Positions 40,452 through 49,445 of a stretch of 64,000 bases of DNA are shown piece by piece (positions within the stretch are counted from its first letter, which is position 1; each line of letters starts with the position of its first letter). Source of the DNA: an uncultured Gammaproteobacteria bacterium (GTDB taxonomy: Bacteria > Patescibacteriota > Microgenomatia > UBA10105 > UBA927); the NCBI GenBank assembly GCA_964639945.1, contig CAZXHY010000001.1, forward strand, positions 9,527 to 73,526, in the 5' to 3' direction. Both the position numbers and the translations under genes were made by a program. The notes under the pieces were generated by a model that saw only the letters and a list, made by a program, of their open reading frames with translations, ran no database searches and was not told the DNA's origin.

Positions 40452-41372
40452 CTAAAATAACACTTCGACTGTGTACACATGATAATCCTTGCCGCCGAGT
40501 TCATATTTGTATCGTTCTGCACCTTGGAGAAAATTAAATTCAGAAAATCCCTGCTCTATGGCCCATTGCATGGACTTGGCTTTGAGATAGAAACCAGCCC
40601 CTGCGTATTCTCGTAAAAAACCAGAGTTGTACAGGAGAAACATGTGACCTAGTTTAAAACCGACCATACTCGCGAGTGTAGTTTCTTGATGTGACAAGCT
40701 TAGTTGCACCAGCGAGTTTTCTGTGGTTTGTGGCAAGCGAAGGAAAAACTGCTCCATGGGAGGAGTGAGAAATTCTTGTTTGCTTTTGTCTGATTTCATA
40801 AGAGCAACCAATTCATTCATGCGCACGTCTGCGCCATTTCGCGTGGAGATAGTGGGGTTGGGAAAATCCTCTTCAAATTTACGTATTTTCCGTTTAAACT
40901 CGTGGCGTTCTTTTTTGTCTAGAGATTCTAGGTATGCGTCGAGTGTAGCAGGAAGGACTGCAATTGGCGTTGTGTCCTCTTGGGCGATGGTGGCGGAAGC
41001 GAGCGTACCGAAGTAATGAATGGATTCCGAATCCTGAGGAATGTTTCGTAGTACAAGTTTTTTGACTCCATGGGTGGTAAGGATGGATAACGCTTCTTGC
41101 CATGCGTGCACCTTGGCTCGTTCTGGTCCTATAGCATCGAGATAGTCCGCTATTTCCTCGCCTCCTGCGAAGTGCGCTGTTTCTCCGTCAATTTCTAGTG
41201 GGATAAGTATGGAATGTTCGCGGTCCACAAGGATTATAGGATGGGTGTCAAAGGCTTCCATATACCCTAGGTGCCACTCATAGGTGAGAAATGGCCATCT
41301 ATCGCGTACATGGGTCAGACAGTTCCTCCAAAGAAGATCGAGATCAGAGCTAAATTGCACTTCTTCCAACAT
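40452..41372 (-). CDS. FemAB/BioF2-like GNAT-fold acyltransferase
   Basis: C-terminal 'ASMVGFKLGHMFLLYNSGFLREYAGAGFYLKAKSMQWAIEQGFSEFNFLQG...YKYELGG' resembles the FemAB/CelD-like acetyltransferase family. Start trimmed to ATG 41372 (MLEEVQF...). Confidence 0.55.
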   Translation of the reverse strand: MLEEVQFSSDLDLLWRNCLTHVRDRWPFLTYEWHLGYMEAFDTHPIILVDREHSILIPLEIDGETAHFAGGEEIADYLDAIGPERAKVHAWQEALSILTTHGVKKLVLRNIPQDSESIHYFGTLASATIAQEDTTPIAVLPATLDAYLESLDKKERHEFKRKIRKFEEDFPNPTISTRNGADVRMNELVALMKSDKSKQEFLTPPMEQFFLRLPQTTENSLVQLSLSHQETTLASMVGFKLGHMFLLYNSGFLREYAGAGFYLKAKSMQWAIEQGFSEFNFLQGAERYKYELGGKDYHVYTVEVLF

Positions 41373-41392
41373 ACCGTTATTATACCCTAAGC

Positions 41393-42097
41393 ATGAAGAA
41401 AAACTCGCTCGTTTGTGTCGTGGCTCACCCAGACGATGAAGCATTTGGCCCATCAGGAACACTGGTAAAATTGTCACAGTTTTATGATGTGCATATCGCG
41501 TGTGTGACCGATGGGCAGTCCGACCCTAGGTTTCACGCAAGCTCTGGCGAGTCTCTGGCCAAACTACGAGCAGAAGAGTTGCAGCAGTCGGCTACCCTTT
41601 TGGGCGCCAAGGAAATTCATTTTCTTCACTTCCAAGACGGAACGCTCAACAACAATCAATATCATGAGATAGCAGCTAAGCTCACTGCGCTTTGCGACGC
41701 TATCCAGCCGACAGTATTTATGACCAATGATTTGAAAGGCAATTCTGGGCATTTAGATCATGTGGCGGTCGCCATGGTAACCAGTTTTGTGTACGAAAAG
41801 CGTGCTGAGGTGCAAGGAATTTTATATAACTGCGTGCCGCGCGCGGTAAGTGATGCGATGCGAGAATATTTTGTATTTTTCCCACATGGGTACGATGTCG
41901 CTGATGTAGATCTAGTGGTTGATGTATCTGATGTGTTTGAAAAAAAGTTGGCCGCTGCCCGCTGTCACGCATCACAGGCTGCTGATGTGGAGCGAGTGAC
42001 AAAAAGATGGCTCGCACAAGAGAAGCAGGAAGAATTGTTTCTTATCGAGTCGCGAAGCGATGCGTTTGTGATAGAGATGAAAAAACTGTTGGGTTAG
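41393..42097 (+). CDS. PIG-L family (LmbE-like) deacetylase
   Basis: 'CVVAHPDDEAFGPSGTL' and the downstream 'HLDH' zinc-ligand motif. Confidence 0.8.
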   Translation: MKKNSLVCVVAHPDDEAFGPSGTLVKLSQFYDVHIACVTDGQSDPRFHASSGESLAKLRAEELQQSATLLGAKEIHFLHFQDGTLNNNQYHEIAAKLTALCDAIQPTVFMTNDLKGNSGHLDHVAVAMVTSFVYEKRAEVQGILYNCVPRAVSDAMREYFVFFPHGYDVADVDLVVDVSDVFEKKLAAARCHASQAADVERVTKRWLAQEKQEELFLIESRSDAFVIEMKKLLG

Positions 42098-42267
42098 TGA
42101 TCTGCTTTTTGTAACGACTGTACCTCGGTAGTGAGTATTTTTATCAGTTCCTGTTGTTCAGTTTTGGTCATGTCTGGGTAGATAGTTTGCCAAAACGCCA
42201 ATTCTTCGCGATCTTCTCCGAGGTTTACAAGTTCGCTGATAAGTCTCTCTAGTTCTTGCTGCATAGA

Positions 42268-42777
42268 TTAGGGTTTGAAAAATAATTTTTTGGGCGACTC
42301 AACAATTTTCGAAAGTGTGGTCAGCACACGTGCTGTTGATGCATGCTTTCCCTCTATTTTGCTTGCGGTGTTTCGTAGTGCGGGAGCCAGCAAATCTGGT
42401 CCATACATCAGCCCGTATGCGCCCCATGACGCACCATACGATATAGCAGCGAGATCTACTCTACCAGATACCCCGAGTGCGTATGCTCCCAAACCCGTGG
42501 TGACAATAAATGCATGGACAATTCTTCCAAGAGGAGTGAGGTTCTGGTTATCAATAGTTTTGCCAGCGTATGCCTCAATGCTGAGTTTGGCATACGACCC
42601 GACTGTGGCATTTACTGCAGCAGAAAGAAACTTTGCGATATCGGGATGTTGCTTGATCTTTTCCGACATTCCTCTCCAAAGCGCGAGGCGTTTTTCTTGA
42701 AAAGATTGAATAATAGTTTCTTTTTGGGAAACCGCTTTTTGTTCCTGAGGTGCTGGTTGTTCGCTTTGGGCATCCAT
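42268..42777 (-). CDS. Hypothetical protein (169 aa), Gly/Ala-rich
   Basis: ORF only. No motif recognised. Confidence 0.4.
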   Translation of the reverse strand: MDAQSEQPAPQEQKAVSQKETIIQSFQEKRLALWRGMSEKIKQHPDIAKFLSAAVNATVGSYAKLSIEAYAGKTIDNQNLTPLGRIVHAFIVTTGLGAYALGVSGRVDLAAISYGASWGAYGLMYGPDLLAPALRNTASKIEGKHASTARVLTTLSKIVESPKKLFFKP

Positions 42778-42802
42778 GGATGCGTTTTGTTTGGCAGATG
42801 GA

Positions 42803-43300
42803 CTACTGTCTTCGAGATTTCTTGATGAGTTTGGCGATATAAATTATTTCTCGTACATCACCATCTTCGCCTTCTATCTCACTTGCGCCACTTAGGCGTT
42901 GATACTCACGAAGGTATTCAGAGAGACCAGTGTTGAGTTCTTTGATTTCTTGCGTCAAATCCTTTATTTTCTCGTTGATGCTACGTGTCGCGGGGTTTGC
43001 CAAGACATTTAGTTTTGCCTTACCCTTTACTTTTGCTGCTTCTTTGGCTTTTTCGCTCGCTTCTTTATATGTGTCGTCATTACCGAGCGCACTTTCGAGC
43101 ATTTCCTTTAGTTTTTTGAGTTCAGTTTTGTTTCGATCTGTTGTGGCCATGCTGTTTTTGATCATGGACTCTAGTTCCAAGATCATGGTGGCATCTTGTG
43201 AATTGTTTGCAGTGTCTTGCGGGGAAGTAGGTGAATCTTGGGTAGGTTCTACTACTTCAGCTTCTTGTACTGGAACAGAATCATCTGATGTGTCATTCAT
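42803..43300 (-). CDS. Hypothetical coiled-coil protein (165 aa)
   Basis: Acidic N-terminus, K/E-rich heptad-like middle section. Confidence 0.45.
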   Translation of the reverse strand: MNDTSDDSVPVQEAEVVEPTQDSPTSPQDTANNSQDATMILELESMIKNSMATTDRNKTELKKLKEMLESALGNDDTYKEASEKAKEAAKVKGKAKLNVLANPATRSINEKIKDLTQEIKELNTGLSEYLREYQRLSGASEIEGEDGDVREIIYIAKLIKKSRRQ

Positions 43301-43417
43301 ATCTAGATATTAAACGTCAAATGAGCAGTCAATATCAAGTGGGAAAATGAACTATTTGCAAACGTGTGTGCAGTTGCTATAGTGATTGCAAGTATTTATT
43401 TTTCCAAAGGAGGCCAT

Positions 43418-43993
43418 ATGGCAACCAAAGCCGCAGAAAAAAAGTCCTCGAACTCTAAACCTATTATTGGGATCGCTATTGGGTGTTTTGTGTTCCTTTT
43501 ACTCATAGGCATAGGAATATCTTTCGCAGTCAAATATTTCGCCCAAAAAATTGGATCAAGCGTGGTGTCTGGAGTTATAGAAAGTAAAACGGGTATCAAA
43601 ACCAACCTATCTGATATAGATAATGGAAAAATGACATTCACTGATAATAAAACAGGTCAAACTGTGACAGTGGGCACGCAGAAGCTTCCCGAGGATTTTC
43701 CCAAGGATTTTCCTGTGTATAGCGATGCAAAAGTAGCGGGATCGGTTTCGGGAATGCAAGAAAGCAATAGCGGATTTTTGGTGACATTCACAACGAGCGA
43801 CAGTATAGAAAAGGTCATAAGTTTTTATAAAAACGCATTGGCAGCAAATGGATACACTACGTCTGCTTCGTTTAATACAGACAAAATGCAAACGTGGGCA
43901 GTAAAAAAGGGATCCATGGAGGGAAGCGTGAGTATAACGGCAGACGATTCGCAAACGACCATACTTGTTACACTCGGGTCAAAATCTGAATAA
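43418..43993 (+). CDS. Hypothetical membrane-anchored protein
   Basis: Strong SD (AAAGGAGG) 6 nt before ATG 43418. TM helix followed by a soluble domain. The ORF track's 43364 start lacks an RBS. Confidence 0.55.
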   Translation: MATKAAEKKSSNSKPIIGIAIGCFVFLLLIGIGISFAVKYFAQKIGSSVVSGVIESKTGIKTNLSDIDNGKMTFTDNKTGQTVTVGTQKLPEDFPKDFPVYSDAKVAGSVSGMQESNSGFLVTFTTSDSIEKVISFYKNALAANGYTTSASFNTDKMQTWAVKKGSMEGSVSITADDSQTTILVTLGSKSE

Positions 43994-44001
43994 TTGCCAC
44001 T

Positions 44002-44535
44002 ATGGGATTTGTATATAAAAGTGCGCTGTTTTGTATCGGAATACTTGCTGTTATAGGCGGGTATTTCCTGTACAAAGATCGCGTAAGCTTACCAAAAGGT
44101 GCCAGTGTGCACGGAAAAATTGTTTCTGGCTCGTTTGACCGTACACAAGTACGGACAGATAGCGAATGGCGAAAGTTGCTGACTCCAGAGCAGTATCGTA
44201 TCGTGCGTGAGCAGGGCACGGAGAATCCGTTTACCGGTGAACTCAATGATGAGAAACGATCGGGGACATACTACTCAGCAGGATGCAATCAGGCTGTGTT
44301 TCGCTCCGACCAAAAGTTTGACTCGGGTACTGGGTGGCCATCGTTTTGGGCGCCTATACACCCAGATGCATTGGTATTGCGAGAAGATACATCACTTGGT
44401 GGAGTGCGTATAGAAGTATTAGATAAATGTGGAGGTCATCTAGGACACGTGTTCGACGACGGGCCAGATCCTACCGGAAAGCGTTATTGTATAAACTCAC
44501 TGGCCTTGAAGTTTGTCCCTGATCCAAATCAGTAG
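44002..44535 (+). CDS. msrB: Peptide-methionine (R)-S-oxide reductase MsrB with N-terminal TM anchor
   Basis: 'YRIVREQGTENPFTGE...GTGWPSFW...RIEVLDKCGGHLGHVFDDGP' is the canonical MsrB (SelR) sequence with a catalytic CGGHLGH. Confidence 0.9.
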   Translation: MGFVYKSALFCIGILAVIGGYFLYKDRVSLPKGASVHGKIVSGSFDRTQVRTDSEWRKLLTPEQYRIVREQGTENPFTGELNDEKRSGTYYSAGCNQAVFRSDQKFDSGTGWPSFWAPIHPDALVLREDTSLGGVRIEVLDKCGGHLGHVFDDGPDPTGKRYCINSLALKFVPDPNQ

Positions 44536-44537
44536 AA

Positions 44538-45122
44538 TTATGGACAGGTAAGAGTGAATTCTGCTTGATTGCTGAGTGCATCATTTGGCGCGGTCACTTT
44601 TATTCGCTGCCAACCAGTCCTCGTTCCGCTCCCGTTTGCAAAAAGCGTCCATGTGGTCGATACGGATTGCATACCTGCACCTGTAAATGTGATAGATTGT
44701 TCTGCACTGACCGCGTTATCGCTTCGTAGCCAAGTGTATTTCACTGTGGTTGCGGCGTTGGTATATATCTTTGCGGTAAAAGTAAATTGTTGATCGCTAC
44801 AAGTGTTTGTCGTTCCACTGGGGGTAACGGAGGTTTCTATGTTTACAACCGATGGCGCAGGCGTGGGGCTTGGCGTAGATGTTGGTGCAGATGTGGGCTT
44901 TATGGTTGTTGTTGGTGTGGGCTTGAGTGTAGCAGTTGGTGTCGGGGTTTCAGATGGAGTAGGTGAGACCTCCAGTGTCGGCTCTGGGGTTGCGCGTGGC
45001 GAGACCAGAGTTGGCTCAGGATTTCCAGAACTTTGTCTGCCAAAATAAAATGCAGCGCCTATGATAAGGAGAAGTAAAATAACACCACCCGCGATCATAA
45101 GTGCTTTTTTGTGTTTGAGCAT
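44538..45122 (-). CDS. Membrane-anchored protein with Pro/Thr-rich linker and C-terminal Cys-Pro
   Basis: Start at the internal ATG (MLKHKKALMIAGGVILLLLII...). (TPTP)-rich linker. C-terminal domain ends ...TLTCP. Architecture matches 59110..59673. Confidence 0.55.
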   Translation of the reverse strand: MLKHKKALMIAGGVILLLLIIGAAFYFGRQSSGNPEPTLVSPRATPEPTLEVSPTPSETPTPTATLKPTPTTTIKPTSAPTSTPSPTPAPSVVNIETSVTPSGTTNTCSDQQFTFTAKIYTNAATTVKYTWLRSDNAVSAEQSITFTGAGMQSVSTTWTLFANGSGTRTGWQRIKVTAPNDALSNQAEFTLTCP

Positions 45123-45329
45123 AGCAATGTTTATACACTGTAAGGGCAAAAAGTGCAACCAAGGTGGAGTATACGATTGACATGTACGCTCTTGTGTTTT
45201 AGGATACTGGGTATGAACGCAAAGCTTCACATTGTTATTTGTCTCACCCCCGCATAACGGGAGGACGATGGCGATGTGAATGGCCAGAAATCCCCCAAAT
45301 ATGAGGGGATTTTTTTGTAGAATTTTCGT

Positions 45330-46076
45330 ATGCATTCACAAGAAGTAAAAAAATTTGTACCTGATCCACGTTGGAAAGAACACAGCGGAGCATTGCTTGT
45401 GGTTCCACATGCTGATGATGAAGTGCTTATCGGATGGGGACTTATCCAAACGCTAGTGGATAGTGGAGTTCCAGTCACTGTCCTTTTATTATCATTGGGT
45501 GAAAAAGGAAAAGTGTATGGAAACGAGACGCCAGAAAAAGAGATAAAAGCGATACGTCGTGATGAGTTCTATAATGCTACAGAAGCACTGGGAGTGCGTG
45601 GGGTTATCTATGAGCCGACGTTTCCTGACTCAGAATTAGCTCAACATCAAGAGGAGTTAAACAAAGCCCTTACCCGCTATGTGCGAGAGCAAAGATTTGA
45701 TGTGTTGGTCTCGTTTGCTCCGAGCGAGCGGACATATGGATTTGATCATACTGATCATCATGCAGTAGCTGCGGCAGCAGTGATAGCTTCAGAGAAGGCT
45801 GATATGCCATCCATGTTTCCTGATAGCGGTAAAGCATTGTCGTATCGGCCTAGTCTACTTGGGTGGACTACGAATTTACATATCGGAGCAATTCACCAAC
45901 TATCAGAAATAGCTCTTACTGAGGAGTCAAAGATGAAAATGGGTGAATTCCTATCTCAGCATTATCCATCTCAGTTTTCCCGAGAGGCAAAAAATTTATG
46001 GGGTCCTATATTTGATCGAATTACCCAATCCTCAGATGCCTCTGGTCATCGTCAATTGTATTTTCAGATACGATAG
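45330..46076 (+). CDS. PIG-L family (LmbE-like) deacetylase, second copy
   Basis: 'LVVPHADDEVLIGWG' and '...FDHTDHHA...'. Confidence 0.8.
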   Translation: MHSQEVKKFVPDPRWKEHSGALLVVPHADDEVLIGWGLIQTLVDSGVPVTVLLLSLGEKGKVYGNETPEKEIKAIRRDEFYNATEALGVRGVIYEPTFPDSELAQHQEELNKALTRYVREQRFDVLVSFAPSERTYGFDHTDHHAVAAAAVIASEKADMPSMFPDSGKALSYRPSLLGWTTNLHIGAIHQLSEIALTEESKMKMGEFLSQHYPSQFSREAKNLWGPIFDRITQSSDASGHRQLYFQIR

Positions 46077-46102
46077 GTGTATAAGTTCGTTGTTAAAAAC
46101 GA

Positions 46103-46130
46103 AAAACCCCGTGGGTTACACGGGGTTTTT
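46103..46130. terminator. Bidirectional rho-independent terminator between convergent genes
   Basis: aaaaaCCCCGTGggttaCACGGGGttttt: A-tract, 7-bp GC-rich stem, T-tract. Confidence 0.8.
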
Positions 46131-46157
46131 GTAGATAATGCGTATCTTGCGATACTA

Positions 46158-46355
46158 TTACGCTAATTTTACATTTTTGGCACTTGGGCCTTTTGGTCCG
46201 TCTACCACTTCAAAGGTAACGGTTGCACCTACTTGTAGTGCATCAAAGGTTACTCCAACCAAATCTTTCGAATGAAAGAAAAGGTCTTTTGATTCGCCTT
46301 CGCGGGTTATGAACCCAAATCCTCTATCGGTTTTCGTTTTAACTGTACCTGTCAT
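46158..46355 (-). CDS. Cold-shock domain protein (CspA family)
   Basis: 'RGFGFITREGESKDLFFHSKDL' RNP motifs. 65 aa. Long 5' UTR upstream. Confidence 0.8.
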   Translation of the reverse strand: MTGTVKTKTDRGFGFITREGESKDLFFHSKDLVGVTFDALQVGATVTFEVVDGPKGPSAKNVKLA

Positions 46356-46468
46356 AGAATTTTTTACGTAAATTGGTTAATTAATCTACGCCTGTCTCCT
46401 TTCTGTAACCCTAAGTATATCATACGAGAGCGATACAAGGACAGAGAGCACTGGATTTTTGTGCCTGT

Positions 46469-46750
46469 TTACGGGGATTCGGAGGTGCGTTTCCACTCGA
46501 CAATTCGCGCGATAGATCTATTGAGTTTTCGCAGATGTTGTTCGATTGCGATCGTGAGTATCGAGGGGGGATCACGTCTATCTGGTATCAAGCCTAGTAT
46601 TGGGTCATATAGGCCACGAGTGCGCATATACATGATTTTTTTTCGAGCGCGTGTAGCTTTGTTTATAACAGACGCCCGTTTAGCAGAAACCGATCGTTCG
46701 ATAGCATGAATAAGGCTCATAAAATGTGCGTCCGCAGGCTTGTACACCAT
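46469..46750 (-). CDS. Hypothetical basic protein (93 aa); coding status uncertain
   Basis: Only a weak RBS. Basic, R/K-rich. Confidence 0.25.
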   Translation of the reverse strand: MVYKPADAHFMSLIHAIERSVSAKRASVINKATRARKKIMYMRTRGLYDPILGLIPDRRDPPSILTIAIEQHLRKLNRSIARIVEWKRTSESP

Positions 46751-46819
46751 ACATCCGATGAGCTGCTTTTTGCAATAGGTTTATTATGTTGAAGAGTCGT
46801 GATGTTCTTGATATAGTGC

Positions 46820-47554
46820 TTGTTCATGAACATACCCAAAAAATACGATGAAGAAGAAGCAAAAGCGTATACTGCCACGCGCTCCACATGGCCAGAGGTT
46901 ATTGAATTTTTTCTGAAATATATACAAACACCTGCGTTTCTCGACGCTGGGTGTGGCACTGGAAATGATTTGAATCATATCTATGAAAAAACAGGCTGGG
47001 TAGGATCTGGATGTGATGGCTCACTCGCCATGATCGCTGAGGCGAAGAAAAAATTACCAAACGCGGACGTGCGACAGGCGAATTTTGACCGCGACTTTCC
47101 ATTTACAGAGATATTTGACACTATTTACACACACGATGTGATTCATCACCTGAACTCACCTGAGGTATTTTTCAAAAATATATACGAGCATCTGGCGCCA
47201 AACGGGACCCTGTGTATCGGGAGTGAGTTTTCGGAAGGCTTGGACAAAAAATTCACATCGCTGTATTTTCCTACTGCACTAGATATAGATAAAGCACGAT
47301 ATCCGTCGTATGGAAAAATTCATTCCATTCTCACAACTCTTTGTTTTGTCGATCTCGAAGTAGTACATATACATGATGAGGAGCCCTTTACCGAAGAAAT
47401 ATTTGCTCAAGCAAAAACAAAATCTCATTCAATTCTTCGATTGTTATCCGAAAGGAATTTTGGCGCGGGGATAACCGCACTTACTCAGGCTTTCGAGTCT
47501 GGCAAACTAAAAACTGCGACTCGTAACTATACGCTCCTTGCTGTTCGAAAGTAA
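46820..47554 (+). CDS. Class I SAM-dependent methyltransferase
   Basis: Motif I 'FLDAGCGTGNDL' and motif II-like 'FDTIYTHDVIHHL'. Confidence 0.8.
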   Translation: MFMNIPKKYDEEEAKAYTATRSTWPEVIEFFLKYIQTPAFLDAGCGTGNDLNHIYEKTGWVGSGCDGSLAMIAEAKKKLPNADVRQANFDRDFPFTEIFDTIYTHDVIHHLNSPEVFFKNIYEHLAPNGTLCIGSEFSEGLDKKFTSLYFPTALDIDKARYPSYGKIHSILTTLCFVDLEVVHIHDEEPFTEEIFAQAKTKSHSILRLLSERNFGAGITALTQAFESGKLKTATRNYTLLAVRK

Positions 47555-47704
47555 TCATTCGCTCACTATCTATCACATTTCCTTTGTTTATATTACGGAT
47601 ATCATCAATAATTGTATATATTGTAGTTATACAACATTTACAACATATTGTTCATTGACAACGCATTGTAATAAGAACAAGATGAGATAAGAGAGAACAT
47701 ATCT

Positions 47705-48004
47705 ATGGTTGATACCGCGTCAAAACATCCCACACTCCTCAAACAACGACTCACAGCATTCGTGGATCCAATACTGGTAAAACGAGCCAAAGTGCGTGGC
47801 GCGCTTGAAAACTTGACCATCTCAGAAGTAGTCGAAAAAGCACTTGATGCATATGCTCCTATTATAGATTTCGATGAGGGGAAAAGAGTAAAGGTTACTT
47901 TTTCTCAAAAAAATATGACAAAGGCAGCCTTGTCTCGATCAATATTGCAAGTAAGTAGTGCAAAAATAAAACATACTCGAGATCTCTCTGTAGACAGACC
48001 ATAA
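47705..48004 (+). CDS. Small ribbon-helix-helix-like (CopG/Arc-type) DNA-binding protein, putative
   Basis: 'RLTAFVDPILVKRAKVRGALENLTISEVVEKALDAY' fits the RHH beta-strand plus two-helix pattern. The upstream region carries several short palindromes. Confidence 0.4.
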   Translation: MVDTASKHPTLLKQRLTAFVDPILVKRAKVRGALENLTISEVVEKALDAYAPIIDFDEGKRVKVTFSQKNMTKAALSRSILQVSSAKIKHTRDLSVDRP

Positions 48005-48152
48005 TCCTCTATTGTGCACGAGCGCCGAGTCAAGCGTAACCGTGTGCCCCGAAGCTAGATACCTATTTCCCAAATATACGCGATGGATTTTCTACATTGG
48101 TAGGGAAACTACGGTAAAAAATATAAATTTTTTTAAAGAAAGCGAGATATAT

Positions 48153-48596
48153 ATGACACAAATTGAAGAAACACAGGTGACAGACACTACACAAGTAATT
48201 CGAGAAATACCATTTGGGCAAAGACGTACGACGACGGTAAAAGTAGTGTCACCCAAGGACTATGAGACCAAGAAGGCGATATTTCGCACGTATCAGGTGA
48301 TTTGGTATGTGCTCGGAGTCATAGAAGTATTGCTAGCTTTTCGAATACTTTTGAAGTTATTGGGTGCAAATACCTATAGTAGCTTTACTGTGTTCATATA
48401 TGCGTTAAGTAGGCCATTCTCTCAGCCATTTGCTGGGATTTTGGGAATAAGCAGTAGTTCCGAAATGGTATTTGAGTGGTCGACACTTATCGCTATGGCA
48501 GTGTATGCAGTGCTTGCGTATGGTTTGGTAGCGCTGTTTCAGCTGGTGAAACCTACAAACCCACAAGAAGTAGATGAGTCGATAGCAAATCAATAA
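48153..48596 (+). CDS. YggT family membrane protein
   Basis: 'FRILLKLLGANTYSSFTVFIYALSRPFSQPFAGILGI' resembles the YggT core. Start at ATG 48153; the ORF track's TTG-initiated extension was rejected. Confidence 0.55.
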   Translation: MTQIEETQVTDTTQVIREIPFGQRRTTTVKVVSPKDYETKKAIFRTYQVIWYVLGVIEVLLAFRILLKLLGANTYSSFTVFIYALSRPFSQPFAGILGISSSSEMVFEWSTLIAMAVYAVLAYGLVALFQLVKPTNPQEVDESIANQ

Positions 48597-48600
48597 ATAT

Positions 48601-48804
48601 ATGAAATTAAAAAAACAATTGATTGCGAAGAAAAAGTTAGGAAGGGTTTTGGTGGGGATGTTTGTGGTGCTTATGTGCATGCAGCTTCTTGTAAACCTAG
48701 GTGTGCCGCTTTTGCAAAAATATGTAGCATCACATGCACCAAATCCACCATCACAAGCAAGTATGGTGAGCGAGAAGGTTGAGACAGGTAAACAGTTGAA
48801 ATGA
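48601..48804 (+). CDS. Small membrane protein (67 aa)
   Basis: One TM helix. Follows yggT by 4 nt. Confidence 0.4.
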   Translation: MKLKKQLIAKKKLGRVLVGMFVVLMCMQLLVNLGVPLLQKYVASHAPNPPSQASMVSEKVETGKQLK

Positions 48805-48844
48805 CTGAAAAGATTTTTGTAATACGGGAGGAGGTGAAAAATAT

Positions 48845-49096
48845 ATGGATATACTTTTATGGATTATTTTTGGGGCAATAGCAGGGTGGATAGCATCCAT
48901 GCTTATGCATACTGATGGAGGACAGGGTACGGTGATGGACATTGTGTTGGGTATTGTCGGGTCTGTGGTGGGAAATTATCTCTTTGGATTAGCTGGACAG
49001 TCTGGCGTTTCTGGATTTAATTTGTACAGCATGGGAGTGGCAATAGTTGGCGCGGTCGTTGTCATTTATGTCGGGAGATTGTTACGAGGAAGATAA
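48845..49096 (+). CDS. GlsB/YeaQ/YmgE family stress-response membrane protein (transglycosylase-associated protein)
   Basis: 'ILLWIIFGAIAGWIASMLM...VLGIVGSVVGNYLFGLAG' is the family signature. SD GGAGGAGGTGA 8 nt upstream. Confidence 0.75.
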   Translation: MDILLWIIFGAIAGWIASMLMHTDGGQGTVMDIVLGIVGSVVGNYLFGLAGQSGVSGFNLYSMGVAIVGAVVVIYVGRLLRGR

Positions 49097-49125
49097 TCAT
49101 AAAAATTTGAGAGGAGGTGAAACAT

Positions 49126-49407
49126 ATGACAAATACACAAATCGATAAAAAGAAGCTTGATGGAGGAGTGAATCCGATTATAGCGGGAGTAGCAGGCGTT
49201 ATAGCTGGTGGAATGGCAGTAGCTGCAGCAGTTGCGATAAGCAACAAAGATAATCAAAAGAAAGTTGCAGATGCCGTCATTGGTGCAAAGGACAAAATAG
49301 TCGGATACGTCGACGAAATGACCGATAAACCAGCATTAGAAAAAGCTGCACGCGCAGTGACCGACAAGGTCACAGAGGTGAAAAAGAAGATTGAAGCAAA
49401 AATATAA
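49126..49407 (+). CDS. Small membrane-anchored protein with K/E-rich coiled coil (YtxH-like?)
   Basis: SD GAGGAGGTGA before ATG 49126. TM helix (IIAGVAGVIAGGMAVAAAVAI) followed by a charged helix. Confidence 0.5.
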   Translation: MTNTQIDKKKLDGGVNPIIAGVAGVIAGGMAVAAAVAISNKDNQKKVADAVIGAKDKIVGYVDEMTDKPALEKAARAVTDKVTEVKKKIEAKI

Positions 49408-49445
49408 TAGGTTTTTATAGACCTACGTAGGGAGGTGAATAATTT

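Noticed and set aside
44800-45060. Repetitive nucleotide sequence (ggtgt/ggctt units) that could be taken for a tandem or CRISPR-like repeat; likewise 59230-59400
   Set aside because: It is the coding sequence of Pro/Thr-rich linkers in two secreted proteins. No spacer/repeat periodicity.
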